The notes under the pieces were generated by a model. That model was not told the DNA's origin, did not search any database, and worked only from the letters and a program-made list of their open reading frames with translations. From an uncultured bacterium (GTDB lineage: Bacteria; Fidelibacterota; Marinisomatia; Marinisomatales; UBA1611), in assembly GCA_965660855.1 (NCBI GenBank), contig CBFIBM010000006.1:32001-96000 (forward strand): DNA of 64,000 nt, given 5' to 3'. Position 1 is the first letter of the stretch. Each line of letters begins with the position of its first letter. Positions 11,901 through 20,010 of the stretch are shown here, in pieces. The translations under genes were made by a program, and so were the position numbers.

Positions 11901-12896
11901 AATTGGGATACGGGTCTCCCTATGGCGCCTGATCTTATTGATCCTAACATATATTCATTGACTGCTACAGTTTTAGCAATTCCTGGAAGTATGCAAGAAT
12001 GGAAATTCAGAGCATTCCCAGGTGAAAATTTCACAAATGGTGGTTGGGAGGTTGGATCTAACCATATTGTAGAATTCACTGGAGAAGATCTTGTATTAGA
12101 AACAATGGTTCCAAACATTAATATAACAGGTGAACTATTAAATAATGTTACCGTAGATATTCATGCATTGTGGAGACCAGGTGTTTATAATGTAAATACT
12201 GGAGAGGTATTTCCAGAAGTACCTGATACATTAATCATGAATGGTGATTTCCTGAATGGATGGGGAACTTGGGGTGACTGTATGGGGGCTGATTGTGCTA
12301 CGCCAGCAGGACCAGCTTCTAGTATCCCAAGACTTACAGATTTAGATGGAGATGGTATATATACTGGTACACTAGAACTGCCTCTTGGACATGGAAATAT
12401 ATTGACCTACAAGTTAGGTGCATATTATGCAGGGGTAGAAAATACAGCCGATCTTGCTGAAAATGGTGCTATGGATAATGAAGGTGGGTTTGGTGCTGAT
12501 AAAATTTTTGTCATCAATCCATCTACTAGTGGAACAATTGTCTTAGAAACAGTTTTTGGTGATAATAATCCAATGAACGATGCTTTATCAACGGATAATA
12601 ATTTTGGTTTCATGCCAAAAGAATTTGCCCTGTTAGGCAACTATCCTAATCCATTTAATCCAGTTACTACCTTACAATTTGATTTAGATTACTTATCCAA
12701 TGTAAAAGTAACTGTATTTAATATTGCAGGTAATGAAGTAGTCACGCTTAAAGAAGGTGAGTTAGAACCAGGAAGACATTCTATTCAATGGAATGCTTCA
12801 AATAATTCTGGTCAAAAAGTACCTTCAGGTCTCTACTTATATAGAGTTACCTCAGATAATAGAACACTTACAGGTAAAATGTTATTATTAAAATAA
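8943..12896 (+). CDS. Secreted multi-module carbohydrate-binding protein (10 CBM20/SusE-F-like modules) with a T9SS-type A/FlgD-Ig C-terminal domain
   Basis: RBS AAGGAG; signal peptide; repeated VTF.VDM...GV.LAGG...DGDG.YS...YKF.NG...WE modules; C-terminal NYPNPFNP.T...G.HSIQWNA...SGLYLY...KMLLLK. No catalytic domain recognised. Confidence 0.8.
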   Translation: MKMLNIFKHIFGLTLLTFSVYGANVTFHVDMQFETVTNGVYLAGGDAGNPGYEMTDEDGDNIYSLTIELTQEAYGDWFGYKFVNGPIDAGWQGAWEVVPNACGFGEHADRRAAVLEDNYELPPVVFGDCSPDGQTTMVFRVDMQYEEVSIDGVWLAGGTAGNPGFPMFPGENGIWSRTLSINENTAFTYKFVNGMIDAGWQGAWEEVPDACGVGDFNDRSVDVGTEDTTLPAIVFGTCDEAVTEVDVTFHVDMQHEEVSTGGVWLAGGNAGNPGFEMNDGDGDGIYSLVLTLGINSTFGYKFSNGPINPDWSGGWEEVPLACAFGDFADRSVSVGIAPLELPPVVFGECTADGAVLVTFQVDMQNEVLIDGTVWLAGGNAGNPGYQMMNEGGGSIYSHTLVLGSGTNFGYKFVNGPIDAGWNGAWEEVPAACAFGDFADRQVTIIEADMLLPPVAFGSCDPIPVESATVTFQADMSNLIAQGWNGETSTMNVMGMLTNWGDGAIMIEDLVNPSIYTFTTEPITAPVGSLHEWKFKAFSEAVSFTNGGWEVGENFILEFTGEDIILEPMVPRINILGELANAVTVDIHVTWNEGTLNVNTGEPFPETPDTLIMNGDFLNGWGTWGDCMGADCATPVGPASNIPRLTDSDGDGIYTGTLELPAGHGNVLTYKLGAYYPGVENTADVATNGAMDNEGGFGADKIFIIPTSTDENIALETVFGDNNPLNPFLPVQITFHLDMRDHQVSDDGVHVAGTINSWSTTATPLHDEDGDGIYIGHAEATPGDTIYYKFLNGNSWGTDEAVPDPSCGGAGGYGSDRFYHVPQGDSDIPLVCFGECITCEESYVTFHVDMSEVESISENGVFVGGGVFYPDFHLMEEVDENLYALKTVLPEGTHLYKFNNGGTDATYEDGGALSAEGCGVGAYNDREILVGELDMMTEPFCYSSCYTCSGGVDPVEANVTFSADMSILLAQGWDMETYSMNIMGTLTNWDTGLPMAPDLIDPNIYSLTATVLAIPGSMQEWKFRAFPGENFTNGGWEVGSNHIVEFTGEDLVLETMVPNINITGELLNNVTVDIHALWRPGVYNVNTGEVFPEVPDTLIMNGDFLNGWGTWGDCMGADCATPAGPASSIPRLTDLDGDGIYTGTLELPLGHGNILTYKLGAYYAGVENTADLAENGAMDNEGGFGADKIFVINPSTSGTIVLETVFGDNNPMNDALSTDNNFGFMPKEFALLGNYPNPFNPVTTLQFDLDYLSNVKVTVFNIAGNEVVTLKEGELEPGRHSIQWNASNNSGQKVPSGLYLYRVTSDNRTLTGKMLLLK
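10341..12577 (+). repeat. Intragenic duplication of a two-module block of about 260 aa (approx. 10341-11118 and 11805-12577)
   Basis: Near-identical peptides in both copies, e.g. PDTLIMNGDFLNGWGTWGDCMGADCATP.GPAS.IPRLTD.DGDGIYTGTLELP and NGAMDNEGGFGADKIF. Confidence 0.9.
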
Positions 12897-12916
12897 GATA
12901 ACAATACCTCATTACT

Positions 12917-12948
12917 AAAAAAAAGGGGAGCTAGCTCCCCTTTTTTTT
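12917..12948. terminator. Rho-independent (potentially bidirectional) terminator
   Basis: Perfect 32-bp palindrome AAAAAAAAGGGGAGCTAGCTCCCCTTTTTTTT, 20 nt after the stop of the 1317-aa gene. Confidence 0.9.
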
Positions 12949-12973
12949 GTTCATTTTGAAAGTAAAATTATTC

Positions 12974-14278
12974 ATGTTTAAAATCCGATTACCTTTCCTA
13001 ACCTCTTTTATTATAATTTTTCTTAATTGTGAAAATCCAATAGATACGAATACTCTAGTTAAGGTTGGCTCTAGGACCATTACAAAAAATGATTTTATTG
13101 AAGCCTATTCAAAAAGGTTAATTCAGTCTAAGATTAAAGATTCAAATTTTGAGCGTGACAGAGTATTAAATCAATTAATAAGAGTAAAATTATTTTCTGA
13201 AGCAGCAAAACTGTCAAATATAAAGTTAGATTCAATAGGTAAAAATAGAGTACAAATATATGAGGAAATTGCACTAAGAGATCAATTATATGATGAAATC
13301 ATATTACCGATTAACATTGATATTTCTGATTCGATCGCGAGATTACATTACGAGTGGAAGAATACTGAGATTCACCTCTCGCATCTTTTTCATAACGATA
13401 AAACAGTACTTGATACGATTCTTCCATACCTTAAAAACGATACATCACAATTTAAGTTATTCTCCAGCGAACTCTTCAAGAATAAAAATTTAAAAAAATC
13501 TGGTGGTAATTTGGGTTGGATTAAGTATGACGATTTAGATCCTAACTTAGAAGAGAATGCATTTTCTATTCCCTATGATATCCCCTCTGGACCTTTTAGA
13601 TCTAGTTATGGTTGGCATATCCTATTAAAAAAAAATTCAAGGAAACAAATGATTTTAGATGAAAATCATTATCAACATATTAAAAATAAATTAAATAATG
13701 ATATTTTAAAAAAAAAGAGACAGATATATGCAAACAACTATATTAATAATCTTCTAGAAAAAGATGTTTCCATTGATGACTCTATCACTTATGAAATTTT
13801 AAACAAAATAAATACAATAGTTTTTACTAAAAATAAAATTAAACTAAATAATAATCATGAAATTTCAAAAAAATTTAAAAATATTATTTTAGGATTAAAA
13901 TCAAATGAAAAAACAATCTTAGCAAAATTCCCAGGCGGTGAATTTACTGTAAATGACTTACTAAATAATTTAAGAACAATAAACCCTGAATTATTTTTAA
14001 AGAACCCAGTCCAACAATTTTATAAATCCTTAAGAGATAAAATATTAACTGAAAAAGCTAAATTTAAAAATCTGGGAGAGCACCCCTCTGTTAAGTTGAA
14101 AATTCAATCAAAAATTGATGAAAATCTTGCAAGGCAATACTTACTTATGAACTCTTCAAATCAAAAAGATACACATTTTTCAAAAGAAGAATTAGAAAAT
14201 TTAGTTGAAAACTTAAAATCTAAAATTCCTATAACTCATCATACAAAGAATCAAAACAAACTATTTAATACTTTATAG
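12974..14278 (+). CDS. Parvulin/PpiC-type peptidyl-prolyl isomerase (SurA/PrsA-like), probable lipoprotein
   Basis: Likely ATG at 12974; IIFLNC lipobox-like; IHLSHL...GGNLGWI...AFS...SGPFRSSYGWHIL rotamase motifs. Confidence 0.8.
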   Translation: MFKIRLPFLTSFIIIFLNCENPIDTNTLVKVGSRTITKNDFIEAYSKRLIQSKIKDSNFERDRVLNQLIRVKLFSEAAKLSNIKLDSIGKNRVQIYEEIALRDQLYDEIILPINIDISDSIARLHYEWKNTEIHLSHLFHNDKTVLDTILPYLKNDTSQFKLFSSELFKNKNLKKSGGNLGWIKYDDLDPNLEENAFSIPYDIPSGPFRSSYGWHILLKKNSRKQMILDENHYQHIKNKLNNDILKKKRQIYANNYINNLLEKDVSIDDSITYEILNKINTIVFTKNKIKLNNNHEISKKFKNIILGLKSNEKTILAKFPGGEFTVNDLLNNLRTINPELFLKNPVQQFYKSLRDKILTEKAKFKNLGEHPSVKLKIQSKIDENLARQYLLMNSSNQKDTHFSKEELENLVENLKSKIPITHHTKNQNKLFNTL

Positions 14279-14281
14279 TCC

Positions 14282-16408
14282 TTATATTTTTGTAAACCTT
14301 ATTGCTTGTCCACCACCATCCGGAAGAATAATTTTATAACTATCTCTATTTGTAATTAATATTTCTTCAATTTCAATTTCTTCAGGTTTATTTAGCCAGC
14401 CACCATTTTTGTTATCTTTATAAATTGTTGCTTTGTATTCTTTTTCTTCTTCTAAAAATGATAAACTAATTTCAATCTCTCTAGAGTTTTGATTTGTAAT
14501 ACTACCAAGAAACCAATCATCACTATTAATATCTTTTCTAACTGTAGTTATATATTTTCCAATTTCTCCATTAAGTACTATTGTTTTTTCCCAATCAGTA
14601 GGAACATCTAATATAAATTGAAATGCTGGATGACCTTCGTAATTACTAGGTAAATCAGCGGCCATTTGGATGGGAGCATATATGACAACATATAAAGCTA
14701 ACTCTTTCGCAATAGTACTCGGAATATGATGATTTTTATTTATATTCCTATCACTTTGACTATTATATCGATACTCCTTTAAGTTAAAAATTCCAGGTGT
14801 GTAATCCATAGGGCTACTCAACAACCTTGTGAAAGGTAAAATTGTTGTGTGGTTAGGTTTGTTGTGTGCATCAATTGGCATAAAACCATTAAATTCTTGA
14901 CCTCTAGCACCTTCCCTAGATACCATATTAGGATAAGTCCTGCGTAAACCTGTATCTTTTATAGGCTCATGGACAACTATAGAAACCTCATATTTTGCGG
15001 CTGTTTCTAATACTTTTCTAAAATGTTCTACCATGTATTGCCCATGGTGCCATTCCATTTGAAGTTCACCATTCTCATCTACTCTTTTTATATTTTTACT
15101 TCCGTCATTTACATATCCAGTTTTAACGACTCTTATTCCCATTTTTTGACAATATGCGAAAGCTTCTTCAAGTTGGTTTTCATAGTTATCTATTTGAGTA
15201 CCTGTCTCATGATGTCCAACTATTCTTATACCTTTTTCCGCGGCGTATCTAGCAATTTCTTTATCATTAAACTCAGGATGTGGTGTAGAAAATTCAAATT
15301 TTTCTCCATCACCAGTACAACACCAATCTTCATCCCAACCAAGATTCCAACCTTCAACTAAAACACCTTCAAATCCATATTTTGATCCAAAATCAATATA
15401 CTCTTTCACTCGCTTAGTCTTTGCTCCATGATGTGGTCCGGATCCCCAAGAAGATTGATTTGTTCCAATCATCTCCCACCAAAGTCCAATATATTTTCCA
15501 GGATTTATCCAACTAACATCTTCTAATTTATTTGGTTCATTTAAATTTAATGTCATAGTAGACATAGCAAGTTCAGATGGATTCTTTCCAACCAGAATGG
15601 TTCTCCACGGAGAATGGAATGGCGCTTTTGTACGAACTTTAATACCATCTGACCAAGGAATCAGATCGCATTCCAAATAATTAGTACCATTTGCTTTTAG
15701 AGTCATACTGGAATATTCAGTAAGGTTAGCTTCATGTACAGCTATTGTAATTCCATCTTTTCTTTGTGTGGTAAATGGAGTTTGTACTGCTTCTGGACCT
15801 AACCTGTCCTCTTTGCTTAAATTTTCTACTAACTCTGAAAATTTATCTCTATCAATTTCACTAATAAGTGTATTCGCATATAAAAACTCATATCTACGAT
15901 ATGCATAAGCAGGAATCCACCAAGAAGGTGAATCTTCAGAAAAATTAAATTCTGTTAACTCATCTAAAATATTAAAGGAATCTAGCTCAGGCTGATCTTC
16001 AATTTGATACCTAAATCCAAGTCCATCATCATATAATCTAAAATGGACTACCATCTCTAATAATGTTTTTGAATTTTCTAAAACAACAGATAATTGATTA
16101 TAGTGGTCTTTTATTAATTTTTGCTCACCCCACACTTGTGTCCAATCTGAATTAGAACTACTGAATTGCTTATCTTTAATAATTAAGTTATCAAAAAAAT
16201 CAAATTTATCTGTTTTCATTCCTAAAATAGATTTATCAATAATATCTTTGCTATCTTTTTTTAATGAATATGAGAGGATTCCATTATCCAAGCTAATATC
16301 CAATACTAAAGATGTATCAGGCGACCGCAATTGGTTGAAATTTTTATCTCCACAAGAAGAGAAAAATAATCCTAAAAATAAAATAGGAATAAGTATTATT
16401 TTTTTCAT
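14282..16408 (-). CDS. Glycoside hydrolase family 97 (SusB-like alpha-glucosidase), lipoprotein
   Basis: FFSSC lipobox; FRLYDDGLGFRY, PGKYIGLWWEM, VLVEGWN.GW, GHHET, VKTGYV, HEPIKDTGLRRTYPN..SREGARGQE, PMDYTPGIF. Confidence 0.93.
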   Translation of the reverse strand: MKKIILIPILFLGLFFSSCGDKNFNQLRSPDTSLVLDISLDNGILSYSLKKDSKDIIDKSILGMKTDKFDFFDNLIIKDKQFSSSNSDWTQVWGEQKLIKDHYNQLSVVLENSKTLLEMVVHFRLYDDGLGFRYQIEDQPELDSFNILDELTEFNFSEDSPSWWIPAYAYRRYEFLYANTLISEIDRDKFSELVENLSKEDRLGPEAVQTPFTTQRKDGITIAVHEANLTEYSSMTLKANGTNYLECDLIPWSDGIKVRTKAPFHSPWRTILVGKNPSELAMSTMTLNLNEPNKLEDVSWINPGKYIGLWWEMIGTNQSSWGSGPHHGAKTKRVKEYIDFGSKYGFEGVLVEGWNLGWDEDWCCTGDGEKFEFSTPHPEFNDKEIARYAAEKGIRIVGHHETGTQIDNYENQLEEAFAYCQKMGIRVVKTGYVNDGSKNIKRVDENGELQMEWHHGQYMVEHFRKVLETAAKYEVSIVVHEPIKDTGLRRTYPNMVSREGARGQEFNGFMPIDAHNKPNHTTILPFTRLLSSPMDYTPGIFNLKEYRYNSQSDRNINKNHHIPSTIAKELALYVVIYAPIQMAADLPSNYEGHPAFQFILDVPTDWEKTIVLNGEIGKYITTVRKDINSDDWFLGSITNQNSREIEISLSFLEEEKEYKATIYKDNKNGGWLNKPEEIEIEEILITNRDSYKIILPDGGGQAIRFTKI

Positions 16409-16478
16409 TTAAATGCTCCGTAACATTAATATGTAATTAAATTTATAGACTATATTACAAAGAAACTTAAAATAAAAA

Positions 16479-17540
16479 CTAAGGTAAAATAGGACGTAAA
16501 ATTTGATCAGATGCAATTGCTCCAAAAAATCCGAATCCTCCCTCTAATCCAGAAGACCTGCCTTTTGTTGTGTTTGGTACGGTAATATTTGTATAGTCCT
16601 CAGAAGCACCTCTTATAAAATAGTCATAATAGTTTTCATCCATTGCCATTAACTTAATTAAAGCTATCTGAGGGTCAATATTTGATACATGTTCATCACA
16701 AAATATAGGATAAACATTGTGATTGTTCTCTGATAGTTCAACAATACTTGATTTATATCCATAGCACCATTTTTCTAATGTAGAAAAATAATTTATATTT
16801 GGTTCGATTAAAATTTGTTCAATTAATAGTCCATATTCTACATTTGAATTTTTCCATGAAACTTCATATTCATTATAGAAAGAAAGAGTATCAATGACTA
16901 AAGAATCATTTATAATAGGAAATTCGGGAGTCAGTAGACTACCACTAACTAAATTATAACCTGGTGCATTAATCGACAGTGTATAATTCATATTTGGAAT
17001 AGGTATAAATTGCCCCGAGGTATCTTTATAAATATTTACTCTTGTCGAAAAAGTGGTATCAATATCAAATGTATCAATGACTGTAAAAATAGTTCCACCA
17101 AATTCAAAATATGATGTATCAAATAATGTTGTATCAAAATTTATGTATTCAAACTCTACGAATGAAAATGTTGTGCTATTACCTTGCTCATCTGTAATAA
17201 TTACGATCGCATCATCTATGAGTGCTGCAGGAACAAAAATTGAATCAATAACCCAAAATCCATCCTCATCACCTTCTTTATCATTTTCGTTTTCATAATA
17301 TTCATATCCTAAAGTATCTACACTTACAAAAATTTGAGATTTTTCATCCAGATTTGTTGTTCTATATACACCAATAAAACTTTCAGAGGTACCATCATTA
17401 ATTTCATCTAGATTAATGATTCCTATTACATTTAATAAATGATCGTAATTTGAATCTATATTTTCCCAATTAGAATTGGTACATCCCAATGGTAATAGTA
17501 AAATTAAAAAATAGAAACTAATTATTACTTTAGAAAACAA
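16479..17540 (-). CDS. DUF4249-like lipoprotein associated with a TonB receptor
   Basis: LPLGC lipobox; C-terminal MDENYYDY...S.GLEGGFGFFGA; overlaps the stop of the TonB receptor. Confidence 0.65.
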   Translation of the reverse strand: MFSKVIISFYFLILLLPLGCTNSNWENIDSNYDHLLNVIGIINLDEINDGTSESFIGVYRTTNLDEKSQIFVSVDTLGYEYYENENDKEGDEDGFWVIDSIFVPAALIDDAIVIITDEQGNSTTFSFVEFEYINFDTTLFDTSYFEFGGTIFTVIDTFDIDTTFSTRVNIYKDTSGQFIPIPNMNYTLSINAPGYNLVSGSLLTPEFPIINDSLVIDTLSFYNEYEVSWKNSNVEYGLLIEQILIEPNINYFSTLEKWCYGYKSSIVELSENNHNVYPIFCDEHVSNIDPQIALIKLMAMDENYYDYFIRGASEDYTNITVPNTTKGRSSGLEGGFGFFGAIASDQILRPILP

Positions 17541-19974
17541 CTTTTACTCCCAGAGTTATAATCAGAGGGAACATAGATATTGCTCTTCTCTGAACCCCTA
17601 ATTGATCTCCTGTTACAAGATCTCTATTAATACGGTATTGATAAGTTAGAACATTAAAATGTCTTGTAAGATTCATTATTTGAATATTAGTATCATATTC
17701 TACTCCAAATAAGTTCCCACCTTTTCTTGTAATACCCATATCGAGTCTAAAGTAATCTTCATATCTAGCTGAATTTTTCTTTCCTACTAAATATTTATCA
17801 TATGGGAACCATCTTGATTCTTCACTAATAGACTGGTTCCATTCTGTTACTCTTCCAATAATATTTGTATATGGGTTACCACTCATTTGGGTAATTGAGG
17901 AACTTAACTGGAGGGTTTTTGTAAGCATAAAATTTCCAACAATATTAAGAGTATGGGTTCTATCAAAACCCGGAAAATGACTTCCACTTATTTCATTATC
18001 ATATTTAGTTTTAGAATATGTATAACCCAACCATCCATTTAATCTACCAGATGATTTTTTGATAAGAAACTCAACTCCTTGAGAATTACCTTTTGTATCC
18101 CAAAATTCATTAGTTGTATTCGTTGTATCTGTTGGAACTTCATCTTCGTCCTCTGTATCTAAAGGACTTTCTTTTAGGGTTAATAAATTGTCAAAAGTTT
18201 TATTATAGATCTCAACTCTCAAAAAAATATTTTTATTTGTTAAATATTCAAAACCTCCAATAAAATGTTGCGATACACTTGCTTTTTTATCCTTTGGAAT
18301 TCCTAGCCAAAGCTCAACAATTCTCAAGTTCTCATCTTGATTTGTCGCCGTAGTTAGAAATTGATGATAAACACCCCAATTAAATTTAAAAGCTATATTA
18401 TCTGAATAGTTGTATTTCAATCCTAACCTTGGGTCTAAGTATATTTTGTTATGTAAACTATATTTCGTTGTTCTTATTCCACTTTGTAAATTGAACTTTC
18501 TATTAATTTTCCATTTATCTTGAAAAAAAATTGATATTTCTCTTGTTTCATTCTTTTGACTTAAAGGATTAAATACCAACGAGGTGTCTTGGTTTATAAA
18601 ATCAAATTTAATACCTAAATCAAAGTTTATAGTTTTTAATTGAAGGCCAGAACTTATTTCATGATTCTCACTGGCTTTCCATAATACCTCCGATTCAATT
18701 GTATTATCATAAATGACATCAAAAATATTATAACCAACATCGGAAAAATATTGTGTAGTAGAATCTGAATAATCATAAATTGTACTATCTGATATAGAGA
18801 TATCAAAGTCAAATCTATAACGACTATTTGAAAAAAATGTTTTTGAAACTATCGTTGGTGAACAAATCCATCTCCAAGTTAAACCATTTGTTTTATTTCC
18901 CCATGGCCACTCAATATCAAACTTATTTTTATTTGTAATGGTTGTATTTCCATCTTGATTTGTGGAATTATCAGAATAGGAAAAGCTCACAACATCATCA
19001 CCATAGAACCTAGAATAGGTTAATCGATGATCCGGATTGATATCTAAATTGATTTTAACCTGATAGTCATAAAAAGAATATGGAAATTGAAAGTATTGAT
19101 CACTACCATCTTCATTTTTATTTCCATTTGGAATTTTTGCTCTATTCAAAAGTTGATCCAGCCATGTTCGTCTTCCGGAAATCATCCAAGAACCTTTTAA
19201 TCTTTTAAATTTTGGCATAGGCCCTTCTAATAATCCTTTTGTAGAAATAAAAGAAATATCAGCAGATCCTCTGACTTCTTGTATATTTCCTTCACGATTT
19301 ATAACATTTAAGATTGCACCCATTCTTCCACCATATCTAGCAGGAAACCCTCCCGCATGGAAATCAGCTTCTTTTATTGCATCTGTATTAAACGTTGAAA
19401 AAATACCAAAAAGGTGAAATGGGTTATATATCGCAATACCATCTAGCATGATCAAGTTCTGATCCGGTGTACTTCCTCTAACGTATAATGCGCTAGATAA
19501 ATCACTAGAGGTTTGTACGCCAGGTAACATCTGTAATGTACGAAAAACATCTGGCTCAATAAATGCAGGAGCTGCATTTATTTCTCTTAAATCTAAAGAA
19601 ATCTGACTACTTTCAATGGCTCTTTTAAATTTTTGTCGTTCCGCAGTGACTACTACTTCCGATGTTTGTATTACCTCTTCTTTCAAAAAAATTTCTAATC
19701 TTAATGATTTATTAGATTCTATAGTAATTTTTTTTTGGTACATAGAGTACCCAATCATAGATGCATTTATTTCATAAACACCAATAGGCACATTGGGTAT
19801 AACAAAATATCCATCTCGATTTGTTGTAGACCCTAAATATTTATTGTTCAGAAATACATTTGCATATGATATGGGCTCCCCGGTACTTTTTTCTCTAACA
19901 AAGCCACTAATTGATTCACTCATAGCTAAGGTAAAGATTTGAATAATCAATAAAAAAAATAATTTAAAATTCAT
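17530..19974 (-). CDS. TonB-dependent receptor
   Basis: ISGFVRE..TGEPI.YANV; E.DVFRTLQMLPGV; LYVRGSTPDQNLIMLDG..IYNPFHLFG.FS.FN; GGFPARYGGR; ends in Phe. Confidence 0.92.
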   Translation of the reverse strand: MNFKLFFLLIIQIFTLAMSESISGFVREKSTGEPISYANVFLNNKYLGSTTNRDGYFVIPNVPIGVYEINASMIGYSMYQKKITIESNKSLRLEIFLKEEVIQTSEVVVTAERQKFKRAIESSQISLDLREINAAPAFIEPDVFRTLQMLPGVQTSSDLSSALYVRGSTPDQNLIMLDGIAIYNPFHLFGIFSTFNTDAIKEADFHAGGFPARYGGRMGAILNVINREGNIQEVRGSADISFISTKGLLEGPMPKFKRLKGSWMISGRRTWLDQLLNRAKIPNGNKNEDGSDQYFQFPYSFYDYQVKINLDINPDHRLTYSRFYGDDVVSFSYSDNSTNQDGNTTITNKNKFDIEWPWGNKTNGLTWRWICSPTIVSKTFFSNSRYRFDFDISISDSTIYDYSDSTTQYFSDVGYNIFDVIYDNTIESEVLWKASENHEISSGLQLKTINFDLGIKFDFINQDTSLVFNPLSQKNETREISIFFQDKWKINRKFNLQSGIRTTKYSLHNKIYLDPRLGLKYNYSDNIAFKFNWGVYHQFLTTATNQDENLRIVELWLGIPKDKKASVSQHFIGGFEYLTNKNIFLRVEIYNKTFDNLLTLKESPLDTEDEDEVPTDTTNTTNEFWDTKGNSQGVEFLIKKSSGRLNGWLGYTYSKTKYDNEISGSHFPGFDRTHTLNIVGNFMLTKTLQLSSSITQMSGNPYTNIIGRVTEWNQSISEESRWFPYDKYLVGKKNSARYEDYFRLDMGITRKGGNLFGVEYDTNIQIMNLTRHFNVLTYQYRINRDLVTGDQLGVQRRAISMFPLIITLGVKVVF

Positions 19975-20010
19975 TCATTTAATTTAGCTTAAAAAAATAA
20001 TAAATTATTT

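Noticed and set aside
9000..12600. Repeats in the 1317-aa gene as a CRISPR array or mobile element
   Set aside because: They are in-frame protein module duplications with synonymous divergence; there is no repeat-spacer pattern and no cas genes.
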